From contig JAGWGN010000001.1 of NCBI GenBank assembly GCA_028867335.1, forward strand, positions 113,608-177,607: DNA of 64,000 nt, in the 5' to 3' direction. The position numbers and the translations under genes are program-made. The DNA is from Candidatus Micrarchaeota archaeon (GTDB taxonomy: Archaea; Micrarchaeota; Micrarchaeia; Micrarchaeales; CABMGC01). A model generated the notes under the pieces. That model saw only the letters and a list, made by a program, of their open reading frames with translations, ran no database searches and was not told the origin of the DNA. Below are positions 27,588-35,471 of this stretch, piece after piece. Each line of letters starts with the position of its first letter. Within the stretch, counting starts at the first letter, position 1.

Positions 27588-27914
27588 CTAACGAATCAGA
27601 CTTCCAGCTTTAATAGGCTTGTCCAAAGTGAGAAGCGCGACTCCGCTCTCATCCTCTGCCGCAAGTATCATCCCGTGAGAGACAGCCCCAGCAATCTCCT
27701 TCGGCTCAAGGTTTGCAAGGCAGATCACCGACTTGCCGACCAGCTCCTCCTTTGTGTACCATGGCTTTATCCCGGCCACAACGTTCCTCTCCCCCGCCTC
27801 CCCTAGGTCTAGGGTTATCCTGTACATCGGCTTTCGAGCCTTCTCGTGCTCCTCAACATTTGTAATCCTTCCCACCCGAAGTTCGAGCTCCTTGAACGCA
27901 TCTATGCCGACCAT
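27588..27914 (-). CDS. tRNA-binding domain protein (CsaA/Trbp111-like OB fold)
   Basis: ELRVGRITNVEEHEKARKPMYRITLDLGE...VVAGIKPWYTKEELVGKSVICLANLEPKEIAG..SHGMILAA. Confidence 0.8.
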   Translation of the reverse strand: MVGIDAFKELELRVGRITNVEEHEKARKPMYRITLDLGEAGERNVVAGIKPWYTKEELVGKSVICLANLEPKEIAGAVSHGMILAAEDESGVALLTLDKPIKAGSLIR

Positions 27915-27960
27915 ATCAAACAGCTTAAATATTATACAAGCTAATTTTTAATGGTATTCA

Positions 27961-28500
27961 ATGCGGACATTCATCTCGATAGACATTCCGGAAAAAGTGA
28001 GGGAGGAAATCGCGATGGTCTCGCGCGAGTTCAGCGGCGATGGCATCACGATGGTGAAGACCGATGCCCTCCACCTGTCCATACATTTCCTTGGCGATCT
28101 GACGGAACAGGGCATAAACAAGGTAAAGGACTCGATGAACGAGATAAGCGCCGAGCCGTTCGAGGTGGGAATCAGGGGGATAGATTTCTTCACCCCGAAT
28201 TTCATCAAGGTGATCTTCGCAAAGATCTCAAAGGGGGAGGAGCACTGCGCAAACATCTACGACCAGCTCGGCAACTCTCTTGTCTCAAGGGGCTTTGAGC
28301 TCGAGCCGGGAAAATACACCCCGCACGTCACGCTTGCAAGGGTAAAGAGAGTGAAGAATCCCGCCGCCCTTGTCTCGCAGATAAGGAGCCATTCCGAAAC
28401 CGAGTTCGGAAGCTTCATGGTGAACTCGATAAAGCTCAAGTCAAGCGAGCTAACAGGAGAAGGTCCAGTGTACACGGACCTATACAAACTTGATCTTTGA
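27961..28500 (+). CDS. thpR: RNA 2',3'-cyclic phosphodiesterase (2H family, LigT/ThpR)
   Basis: Two HxT/S motifs: HLSIHFLG and HVTLARV. Confidence 0.8.
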   Translation: MRTFISIDIPEKVREEIAMVSREFSGDGITMVKTDALHLSIHFLGDLTEQGINKVKDSMNEISAEPFEVGIRGIDFFTPNFIKVIFAKISKGEEHCANIYDQLGNSLVSRGFELEPGKYTPHVTLARVKRVKNPAALVSQIRSHSETEFGSFMVNSIKLKSSELTGEGPVYTDLYKLDL

Positions 28501-29094
28501 CCCGCTCGACCTGAATGATTCCGCGGAGAGGTCGTTTGTAAGTTCCCCCACCCTGTATGTCCTGTCAAGAAGCAGAAGATCATAGCTCATTCCAGTCCTA
28601 AGATCAAGTGCTATATTTCTTTTCAGGTTGCCGAAAAGATCGACCTCGATCAGGTTTACTCTTCCCCCAAAGCTCTTTTGCATCTCCTCGAGAGATTTGA
28701 TCAGCGACTTGTCGCCGTTCTGCATCCCGATTATTCGCGTCTCAAGATTTGCCCTCCTGAATCTGCCGAGCATCTTCCCGATCCTATCAATCTCGGATTT
28801 CTGCAGCGGAAGGGAAGCCCGCAGGGCGATTGCGCTCTGCGAATTGACGTCGTATATGGTTACAAGTATGCCAAAGGTTATCTCCTTTGCGATGAGATAT
28901 CTGATCTCGGGTTCCTTTAGATGCTGGAAGATCGCCTCGTCAACCTTTAGTTCGATTGCAGAATTCTTCACCATAGAAAGAGAGGTGTCGGGCCTGTTGT
29001 TTGAGGCCACCGAGCTCTTCGTGCTGAAAACAAGGCGCTCGCTTGCGAATTTCTGCTTGCCAATCTCAGATTCAAGAGCCTCCCCGAAATCCAT
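28480..29094 (-). CDS. hypothetical protein (204 aa)
   Basis: ORF track, ATG start. TATA 29-37 nt upstream. Convergent with thpR, overlapping by 21 nt. No family recognised. Confidence 0.5.
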   Translation of the reverse strand: MDFGEALESEIGKQKFASERLVFSTKSSVASNNRPDTSLSMVKNSAIELKVDEAIFQHLKEPEIRYLIAKEITFGILVTIYDVNSQSAIALRASLPLQKSEIDRIGKMLGRFRRANLETRIIGMQNGDKSLIKSLEEMQKSFGGRVNLIEVDLFGNLKRNIALDLRTGMSYDLLLLDRTYRVGELTNDLSAESFRSSGSKIKFV

Positions 29095-29122
29095 CCCAAT
29101 CTAAGCATCTTATTGCATAGCT

Positions 29123-29131
29123 ATTTATATA
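29123..29131. promoter_or_regulatory. near-palindromic TATA element (atttatata) placed to serve both divergent genes (28480..29094 and rpl41e)
   Basis: 29-37 nt from the ATG at 29094 (minus strand) and 28-36 nt from the GTG at 29159 (plus strand). Confidence 0.45.
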
Positions 29132-29158
29132 GATTTCATCAGATAAAGAGAATACACG

Positions 29159-29281
29159 GTGTTATGTTTGGGAAGTATTCCTAGGAAATGGAAAAAGAAG
29201 GGCAGAATGCGCTGGAAATGGGTAAAGAAGCGAAGGAAGAGAATCAAGCGGGCTCAGAAGAGAAGAGTAGGAGAGCTGTAA
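29159..29281 (+). CDS. rpl41e: 50S ribosomal protein L41e (eL41), 40 aa from GTG 29159 (or 37 aa from TTG 29168)
   Basis: Own translation: (V/M)[39 protein letters not shown]. The [20 protein letters not shown] core matches archaeal L41e as I remember it. Absent from the ORF track (<60 aa). The track ORF 29188..29421 is in a different frame. Confidence 0.7.
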   Translation: MLCLGSIPRKWKKKGRMRWKWVKKRRKRIKRAQKRRVGEL

Positions 29282-29869
29282 TCAGGCAAGGGTACGCACT
29301 TGGTACCTGCCTCTTTTTTCTATCTCTTCGAGTCTTGCGATCACAGGCTTTGGATCTTTGGAGATGCGAGCGTAGCCCTTGGCAAATCGCGCGTACTGCC
29401 CTGGCCCTATGGACCTCTTGAGCAAAAGCAGGTCGATCGCCTTCTCCTCAACGCTTGAGGTTATCTCCGAGAGCCCGAAGTCTATGATGAAGTACTCCTT
29501 TCCGGACTTCATGATGTTTGCTGGAGTGAAGTCCCCGTGCGCCACATTCGCATTGTGCATGAGCGCTAGCTGCATCCCTATCTTTCCAAAGTCGATCCTA
29601 CCTACACCATCATCTATCAAGAGCTTCCCCTTAATTCGTGTGGCGTAGATGCTAAACTTTCCTACCCCTAGAAGTCTCGGCGCATTTACCCCTGCGACTC
29701 CGACCTCATAGAGTACCCTCGCCTCACTCTTCGTCCTCGCCTCACGCAGCTCGCTGTCAAGCTGTGCGATCCTGTAGGGCTTCGCCCTTCTCTCCTTGAC
29801 TATTATCTCGGTGCCGAAAAGCATTCCCGAATATATCTTTGCCTCAGCTCCAGAGTTTATCAGTCTCAT
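29282..29869 (-). CDS. bud32: Bud32/PRPK-type atypical kinase (KEOPS subunit)
   Basis: MRLINSGAEAKIY...IIVKERRAKPYR...HGDFTPANIM...FIIDFGLSE. The ATG overlaps the kae1 stop (ATGA). The track ORF is extended 75 codons into kae1. Confidence 0.85.
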   Translation of the reverse strand: MRLINSGAEAKIYSGMLFGTEIIVKERRAKPYRIAQLDSELREARTKSEARVLYEVGVAGVNAPRLLGVGKFSIYATRIKGKLLIDDGVGRIDFGKIGMQLALMHNANVAHGDFTPANIMKSGKEYFIIDFGLSEITSSVEEKAIDLLLLKRSIGPGQYARFAKGYARISKDPKPVIARLEEIEKRGRYQVRTLA

Positions 29870-30840
29870 GCAATCCTCGCCCTGTCTATCCTGTATCTCT
29901 GCTCCACCCCGCACTGCTCTATCTTCGAGTCCATCCCGCTCTTTAGCATGCGCTCCGCGAGGAATGCGATCATCCCCCCGTTGTCCGCGTTGAACTCGTT
30001 TGCCGCAAAACCAAATCGCGCCCCGTTCTCCTTTGCTACCATCGCGAGCATCTCCCTGAGCCGTGCGCTCTGCGCAACTCCGCCGCATACGCAAAGCTCC
30101 TTGCTGCGCGTCAGCAAGAGAGCCCTTTCAGTCGCCTCGCACAGCATCGAGAATGCCGTCTCCTGGATGGAATAGCAAACATCCTCCTTGCTCTCCTTGC
30201 CCAGCATCTTGATCGCGCTTGTAAGGAGCCCGGTAAATGCAAAGTCCATCCCCTTGACCGTGTAGGGGAGCCTGACATACTTTCCATTTTGCGCCATCTT
30301 CGCCACGGTTGACCCCCATGCGGGATTTAGCTTTGCTCCCCTTGCGAAGTTGTCAATCATGTTCCCGACACCAATGTCGAATGTCTCGCCGATTATCTCA
30401 TAGTGCTTGAATGGCTTCTCCACTGCCTTGAGAATTTGCGAATTGCCCCCGCTCACATACAGCGCAAGCGGATCCCTCATCTTCGCGGCGTCCCTTGCAA
30501 TCTCCACGTGCGCAGCCCCGTGGTTCACCTGCGCTATCTTCACTCCAAGCCTCTTCGCTATCATCTTCGCCGTCAGCTCCCCGACCTGAAGGCATGGGCC
30601 AAGCCCCGGGCCACGCGTGTATCCAACGCCCTCGATATCGGTTATCTTTATCTTTGCAGATTCAAGCGCCCTCTTGACCGTCATGGGCGCGTTCTTTATG
30701 TGCGTCTGCGCAACCTTTCCCGGAATAAGGCCCTTGTCGGTGATGTTGAACATCATCTTTTCGTTTGAGAGCACCTTCCCCCTGTCCACTATGCCGACTC
30801 CGAAGGTGTGCGCACTGCTCTCGATTCCAAGGACCAACAT
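29866..30840 (-). CDS. kae1: tRNA N6-adenosine threonylcarbamoyltransferase Kae1 (KEOPS catalytic subunit)
   Basis: MLVLGIESSAHTFGVGIV...GPGLGPCLQVG...VNHGAAHVEI...VSGGNSQ. Confidence 0.9.
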   Translation of the reverse strand: MLVLGIESSAHTFGVGIVDRGKVLSNEKMMFNITDKGLIPGKVAQTHIKNAPMTVKRALESAKIKITDIEGVGYTRGPGLGPCLQVGELTAKMIAKRLGVKIAQVNHGAAHVEIARDAAKMRDPLALYVSGGNSQILKAVEKPFKHYEIIGETFDIGVGNMIDNFARGAKLNPAWGSTVAKMAQNGKYVRLPYTVKGMDFAFTGLLTSAIKMLGKESKEDVCYSIQETAFSMLCEATERALLLTRSKELCVCGGVAQSARLREMLAMVAKENGARFGFAANEFNADNGGMIAFLAERMLKSGMDSKIEQCGVEQRYRIDRARIA

Positions 30841-30897
30841 TCAACGAACCCGCTAGAATAGATTATATACAGGTAAATAAGTAATAAAATAGATTCA

Positions 30898-31101
30898 GTG
30901 TCCGCCGAGGAGCCAGACAGCGAGGAGATTCACCTGATAAGGAGGTCGAGGAACGAAAATCCCCAGGTCCGCGCAGAGGCCGCGGCGAACCCGAAGCTTC
31001 CAAGGGAATTTCTGATGGCGCTAAAGTACGATCCCGATGAGGCCGTGCGAATGGCGGCGCAGAGTGCGATAAAAAAGAGATTTCCCAAGACGAAAGTCTA
31101 G
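30898..31101 (+). CDS. small HEAT-repeat-like protein (67 aa)
   Basis: GTG start. NPQVRAEAAANPKLP and DPDEAVRMAAQSAI resemble HEAT/PBS-lyase repeats. Confidence 0.45.
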   Translation: MSAEEPDSEEIHLIRRSRNENPQVRAEAAANPKLPREFLMALKYDPDEAVRMAAQSAIKKRFPKTKV

Positions 31102-31146
31102 CTAAGGTTTATAAAATCGGAAAGGGATTCAACTCGTGGTGCTAAA

Positions 31147-31788
31147 ATGCCTGTGAAAATAGGGGAGAAGGCCCCGGATCTAAAGGTAAAGTGGGTGCAG
31201 GGCGAAGAGACGAACATCAGCAAGCTCAAGGGAAACGTTGTCTACATCGAGGTGTTTCAGGTCAACTGCCCAGGATGCTTCTACTACGGAATCCCGCAGG
31301 CAATAGAGATCCACGAAAAGTTCAAGGACAGGGGAGTCAAGGTCCTGGGCATCGCGACTGCATTTGAGGACTACGACCTCAACACGCTTGAAAACCTCCA
31401 GCTTCTGCTCCGCGAGGGCAAGCTGATCGGCGAAACGAAGAAGAGTTTCTACAGCGACACATACGACCACAAGATCCCGTTTCCTGTCGCGATCGACTCT
31501 GTCACAAAGTTTGAAGGCGATGTTGCGGCGAAGATAATGGAGCTGATAGCCGCCCAGGTGAAGGATTTTGACAAGTTTGACGATGCAAGAAAGAAGAGCA
31601 TACAGGAACAGGCAAGGAAGGCGCTAACCGAGGAGCCCATCCCTCACACCTTCGCAAGCTATGCACTAAAGGGAACTCCTTCATACATCCTAATCGACCA
31701 GGACGGAAAGCTTGTGGACACGGGAATAGGCCTCGCGCATTCAATGGAGTACACGATACACGGCCTTTTAAACAGGGGGACATTGTAG
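31147..31788 (+). CDS. thioredoxin-fold redoxin (TlpA/AhpC-TSA-like thiol-disulfide oxidoreductase)
   Basis: VVYIEVFQVNCPGCFYYGIPQA carries a CxxC in redoxin context. TATA gtttataaaatc lies upstream. Confidence 0.65.
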   Translation: MPVKIGEKAPDLKVKWVQGEETNISKLKGNVVYIEVFQVNCPGCFYYGIPQAIEIHEKFKDRGVKVLGIATAFEDYDLNTLENLQLLLREGKLIGETKKSFYSDTYDHKIPFPVAIDSVTKFEGDVAAKIMELIAAQVKDFDKFDDARKKSIQEQARKALTEEPIPHTFASYALKGTPSYILIDQDGKLVDTGIGLAHSMEYTIHGLLNRGTL

Positions 31789-31907
31789 TTTGCCTGCCCA
31801 CCCCCTCGGAACTCTTCCTGGCCAAAAGAGTCGGCAACGTTAGCTTTAAATAGATTAATAATATAATTATCTCTATAAAAGTCAGGCTCTAAGCGCCTCT
31901 TTTTTGA

Positions 31908-32489
31908 TTGATTTTCATGAAGGTTAATTTTATTGAGAATACCCCATCTGCCGTTCGCTTCAAGGTTAGCGGAGTGAACAACAACTTCGTCAACTCCGTA
32001 AGGAGGATAGCAAGCGGCAGCGTGCAGTGCTTTGCAATCGACAAGGTCACGTTCTACGAGAACACGACCTCAATGTTCGACGAGTACATCTCGCACAGGA
32101 TGGGGCTGGTCCCAATACTCACCCCGGAGGGTTACGACGAGAAGGATGAGATAATGTTCCACCTCGAGGCGGAGGGCCCAAAGACGATCTACTCAAAGGA
32201 TCTCGAGGGGACGGACAAGAAGGTCAAGGTCGCAAACGAGAACATCCCTCTCATGAAGCTCGCCGAGGGCCAGAGGCTCAAGGTCGATGGCAAGGCGATA
32301 CTGGGGATGGGGATGCAGAGCGCAAAGTACCAGCCGGGATTCATAACATTCACAGCAAACGAGGAGAACTCCGAGTTTGAGTTTTACATTGAGACCTTCG
32401 GGCAGATGACCGCAAAGGAAATCTTAAATAGGGCAATAGATATAATAGATGACGGACTTAAGGCTGCGCACAAGGAAATCAAGAAATAA
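31908..32489 (+). CDS. rpoD: DNA-directed RNA polymerase subunit D (Rpo3), short form with no obvious Fe-S cluster domain
   Basis: FKVSGVNNNFVNSVRRIASGSVQCFAIDKVTFYENTTSMFDEYISHRMGLVPI. Only one Cys in 193 aa. The start is either TTG 31908 or ATG 31917. Confidence 0.9.
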   Translation: MIFMKVNFIENTPSAVRFKVSGVNNNFVNSVRRIASGSVQCFAIDKVTFYENTTSMFDEYISHRMGLVPILTPEGYDEKDEIMFHLEAEGPKTIYSKDLEGTDKKVKVANENIPLMKLAEGQRLKVDGKAILGMGMQSAKYQPGFITFTANEENSEFEFYIETFGQMTAKEILNRAIDIIDDGLKAAHKEIKK

Positions 32490-32496
32490 GTCTTGT

Positions 32497-32583
32497 GCGG
32501 GGGTGGCAGAGTCCGGTCAAATGCGCTAGCTCGAGGGGTTAGTAGCTTTAGTGCTTGCTTGGGTTCAAATCCCAACCCCCGCA
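32497..32583 (+). tRNA. tRNA-Leu (type II; anticodon read as GAG) with an unusual C at position 33
   Basis: Hand fold. GCGGGGG/CCCCCGC plus A73. D arm GCA-GAGUCCGGUCAAA-UGC. Anticodon stem CUAGC/GUUAG with loop UCGAGGG. Long variable arm. T arm UUGGG-UUCAAAU-CCCAA. Confidence 0.75.
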
Positions 32584-32595
32584 TAAAGTGATAAG

Positions 32596-32946
32596 ATGAG
32601 AAGAACAATAGAAAAGGACGCGATTCACGCATGGCTCCATGCAATCTCCACTGTAAAGGCCGACTCAAAGAACGCCGGGCTCTGGAAGCAGGTGGGAAGG
32701 ATCGTGACGATGCCAAAGAGAGAGCGTGTCGCGGTAAACCTCAGCAAGCTTGAGAAGATGGCAAAGGACGGAGAGTTCGTGATTGTCCCGGGAAAGGTGC
32801 TCAGCTTCGGAAACGTGAGCCACAAGTTCAAGATTGCGGCAGTCGAGTATTCAGAGACTGCAGCGCACAAGCTCAAGGGAAGCGGCTGCGAGATCGTCGC
32901 AGTCGATCAGATGACAAAGAAGGAGAATCCAAGGATTATAATGTGA
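32596..32946 (+). CDS. rpl18e: 50S ribosomal protein L18e
   Basis: LWKQVGRIVTMPKRERVAVNLSKLEKMAKDGEFVIVPGKVLSFG..., and its position between rpoD and rpl13. Confidence 0.9.
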   Translation: MRRTIEKDAIHAWLHAISTVKADSKNAGLWKQVGRIVTMPKRERVAVNLSKLEKMAKDGEFVIVPGKVLSFGNVSHKFKIAAVEYSETAAHKLKGSGCEIVAVDQMTKKENPRIIM

Positions 32947-33410
32947 TGATTAACATGGCAGCAACTCAAACAAAGCAAGCGGAAGTGAAGGTCGTGGACG
33001 GCAAGGACAAGGTAATGGGCAGGCTGGCCAGCCAGGTCGCAAAGATGGTGCTAAACGGAAGCGAGGTCGCTGTGCTCAACGCAGAGCACGTCTTCATCAG
33101 CGGGCACCCAAAGCAGATAATCGCAAACTACAAGAGAAAGCTTGAGCTGCAGGACAAGGCAAACCCCGAGCACTCGCCATACCACTCAAGAAGGGCGGAC
33201 CTTTTCGTCAAGAGGGCGATAAGGGGAATGCTCCCGTTCAAGAAGCCAAAGGGCAAGGCCGCATACAAGCTCCTAAAGGTCTACATCGGAGTGCCGGAGG
33301 AGTTCAAGAAGGCGAAGATGGTCGAGGTCAAGACGGCAAACCCGCACCAGGTCTTCGAGAGCACAATCTCGGTCAAGGAGCTAGTCTCAAAGCTCGGATA
33401 CAACAAGTGA
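32943..33410 (+). CDS. rpl13: 50S ribosomal protein L13 (uL13)
   Basis: VVDGKDKVMGRLASQVAKMVLNGSEVAVLNAEHVFISG...RAIRGMLPFK. The start is ambiguous (GTG 32943, ATG 32946 or ATG 32955). Confidence 0.95.
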   Translation: MMINMAATQTKQAEVKVVDGKDKVMGRLASQVAKMVLNGSEVAVLNAEHVFISGHPKQIIANYKRKLELQDKANPEHSPYHSRRADLFVKRAIRGMLPFKKPKGKAAYKLLKVYIGVPEEFKKAKMVEVKTANPHQVFESTISVKELVSKLGYNK

Positions 33411-33946
33411 TGATCATGGCAGAAACACCAGCAAAACCGGACGCACTCGAAAACCTCAACAAGGAGATCAGCGCAGTCATACAGGTAAAGGAGGTCGCAA
33501 AAGCGGCAGTCAAGCAGAGAAAGAGGACAGCCCCTAAGACGAAGGTCGTTCTTGTCAAGGCAAGGAGAAAGATGGCAATCGCAAGGGCGAGGCTAATCAA
33601 GGGCTCCGGAAGAGTCACAATAAACAATGTCTCAATCAGCCTCTTCAAGCCAAAGGAGGTCAGAGAGCTCATACTAGAGCCGATCAACTTCTCAAACCTC
33701 ACAAGGGAGATCGCAAACAACTCCGACATAAAGGTGAACGTATACGGGGGAGGAATCAGCGGACAGTCACAGGCAAGCAGGACGGCGATCGCAAAGGCAA
33801 TCTCGGCTGCATCAAACTCGGATGTTATAAAGAGCGCTTACATGAAGTATGACAGGACGCTGCTGGTCGACGACGTAAGGCAGGTCGAGCCGAAGAAGTT
33901 CCTCGGAACGAAGGCAAGGGCGAGGTTCCAGAAGTCATACCGTTGA
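33407..33946 (+). CDS. rps9: 30S ribosomal protein S9 (uS9) with an N-terminal extension
   Basis: GGGISGQSQASRTAIAKAI...DRTLLVDDVRQVEPKKFLGTKARARFQKSYR. Confidence 0.95.
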   Translation: MMIMAETPAKPDALENLNKEISAVIQVKEVAKAAVKQRKRTAPKTKVVLVKARRKMAIARARLIKGSGRVTINNVSISLFKPKEVRELILEPINFSNLTREIANNSDIKVNVYGGGISGQSQASRTAIAKAISAASNSDVIKSAYMKYDRTLLVDDVRQVEPKKFLGTKARARFQKSYR

Positions 33947-33961
33947 ATTGATGATGATACT

Positions 33962-34162
33962 ATGATGATCCCAGTACGATGCTTCTCATGCGGGCAGATA
34001 ATTGCCGACAAGTGGGAGGAATACGATAAGAGAGTTAACAAGGCGCACGAGGAACCTGCAAAGGTCTTCGAGGACCTTGGCATCAAGAGGTACTGCTGCA
34101 GAAGGATGCTCGTCAGCAACGTCGATCTGATTGACGATGTCATCAGCTACGGGAGAAAGTAA
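33962..34162 (+). CDS. rpoN: DNA-directed RNA polymerase subunit N (Rpo10)
   Basis: [21 protein letters not shown]...[12 protein letters not shown]. Confidence 0.95.
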   Translation: MMIPVRCFSCGQIIADKWEEYDKRVNKAHEEPAKVFEDLGIKRYCCRRMLVSNVDLIDDVISYGRK

Positions 34163-34192
34163 TTAAAACAAATATGATAAATAGATAACGCT

Positions 34193-34279
34193 GGGGTCGT
34201 CTGCTAGCTTGGTTAGGCTCTGTGCTTAGGGAGCATAAGACCCGGGTTCAAAAGGAAACTGAAAATCCCGGCGACCCCA
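34193..34279 (+). tRNA. tRNA-Pro with a roughly 13-nt T-loop intron; the anticodon reads AGG
   Basis: Hand fold. GGGGUCG/CGACCCC plus A73. Anticodon stem UGUGC/GCAUA with loop UUAGGGA. T-stem CCGGG/CCCGG encloses 20 nt (UUCAAAAGGAAACUGAAAAU) instead of 7. Its position after rpoN is the conserved tRNA-Pro slot of this operon. Confidence 0.7.
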
Positions 34280-34295
34280 GATTAATGGTGCATAC

Positions 34296-34925
34296 ATGAC
34301 AGAACAAAACAATGGCAATCAACTGTTGGTGGACAACGCCGAGTACCTAGAGGTAGGAATACACATCGGGACAAAGGCAAAGTCCCCGGGAATGAAGCAG
34401 TTCGTCTACAAGATAAGGGAGGACGGGCTTTATCTTCTAAACCTCGACACAATCAACGAGAGGATCGGAACCGCCGCAAAGATGCTCGCAAGATACGAGC
34501 CAAAGGACATCGTCGTCACGGCATCGAGAATCTACGCAATCTCCGCGGCCTCAAAGTTCGCAGAGATAATCAGCGCAAAGTTCATGCCGGGAAGGGTCAT
34601 GCCAGGGATATTCACAAACTCAAATCGGGCCGACTACACGGAGCCTGGAATAATACTCATGAGCGACTCTCGAAACGAGAGGCAGGCGATAAGGGAGGCA
34701 AGCAAGACAAGCATCCCGGTCATCGCCCTAAGCGACACCGACAACTGGATAAAGTTCGTCGACCTGATCATCCCGTGCAACAACAAGGGACGAAGGTCGC
34801 TTGCGCTCGTGTACTTCCTGCTTGCAAGAGAGTACATGAAAGAGAAAGGTTTAATAAAATCAAACGACGACTTCAAATACAAGATCTCTGACTTCGAGGC
34901 GAAGGTCGAGATGAAGGCGAAGTGA
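34296..34925 (+). CDS. rps2: 30S ribosomal protein S2 (uS2)
   Basis: LEVGIHIGTKAKSPGMKQFVYKIREDGLYLLNLDTINERI...IPVIALSDTDN. Confidence 0.95.
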   Translation: MTEQNNGNQLLVDNAEYLEVGIHIGTKAKSPGMKQFVYKIREDGLYLLNLDTINERIGTAAKMLARYEPKDIVVTASRIYAISAASKFAEIISAKFMPGRVMPGIFTNSNRADYTEPGIILMSDSRNERQAIREASKTSIPVIALSDTDNWIKFVDLIIPCNNKGRRSLALVYFLLAREYMKEKGLIKSNDDFKYKISDFEAKVEMKAK

Positions 34926-34928
34926 GAA

Positions 34929-35471
34929 ATGCTTCATAAGAAACTCAGGGCGCAGGCGGCAGTCGACTTCATGCTCTCCTACGGGCTCGCATTCCTTGTC
35001 ATCCTAATTGCTGTAGCAGTCATATTCAAGACAGGGCTTCTAAACCCACTTGTCGTTCCTGCAACGTGCTCCCCATTCCCAGGATTTGGGTGCAGCCAGT
35101 ACGCGATAAACACGACAACTGGAGTTCTCACATTCACATTCTCCCAGGCGACAGGCGGGACAATCACGATAAACGGATTCTCCTGCTCAAACCGCAAGAA
35201 TGTTACTGGCGACAAGCCGCAGTATGGCAACATCTTTGTGACAGGAAACGCAATATTCTATCCGGCAAACTCAAATCCCGCCAACATCATAACCTCCCTG
35301 CCGACCACAACTTCTGAGACCTTAAGGATGTACTGCTACGGCTCCTCAGGAAAGGCCACTGGAAACCTCGGCAATGCGTACTTCGGGTACATCTGGCTAA
35401 ACTACACGATAAGCGGATACACCGGAGCGTTCGTCCAGGAGATTGCATCATTCACAGCGAAGTACTCCTAG
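34929..35471 (+). CDS. archaeal type IV pilin-like protein with a class III signal peptide
   Basis: MLHKKLRAQAAVDFMLSYGLAFLVILIAVAVIF has a basic residue, A/G-Q, then a hydrophobic helix (prepilin-peptidase motif). The remainder is Thr/Gly/Asn-rich. Confidence 0.65.
   Translation: MLHKKLRAQAAVDFMLSYGLAFLVILIAVAVIFKTGLLNPLVVPATCSPFPGFGCSQYAINTTTGVLTFTFSQATGGTITINGFSCSNRKNVTGDKPQYGNIFVTGNAIFYPANSNPANIITSLPTTTSETLRMYCYGSSGKATGNLGNAYFGYIWLNYTISGYTGAFVQEIASFTAKYS

Noticed and set aside
29188-29421. 77-aa plus-strand [21 protein letters not shown]...
   Set aside because: It is out of frame with the L41e-like reading (29159..29281), which has a much better family match. Its 3' half is antisense to bud32.
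31886-31906. Small hairpin aggc-tctaagc-gcct plus T6 just upstream of rpoD, considered as a terminator
   Set aside because: It has only 4 bp and lies between the rpoD TATA box and the start codon. It is more likely part of the 5' leader or initiation region.
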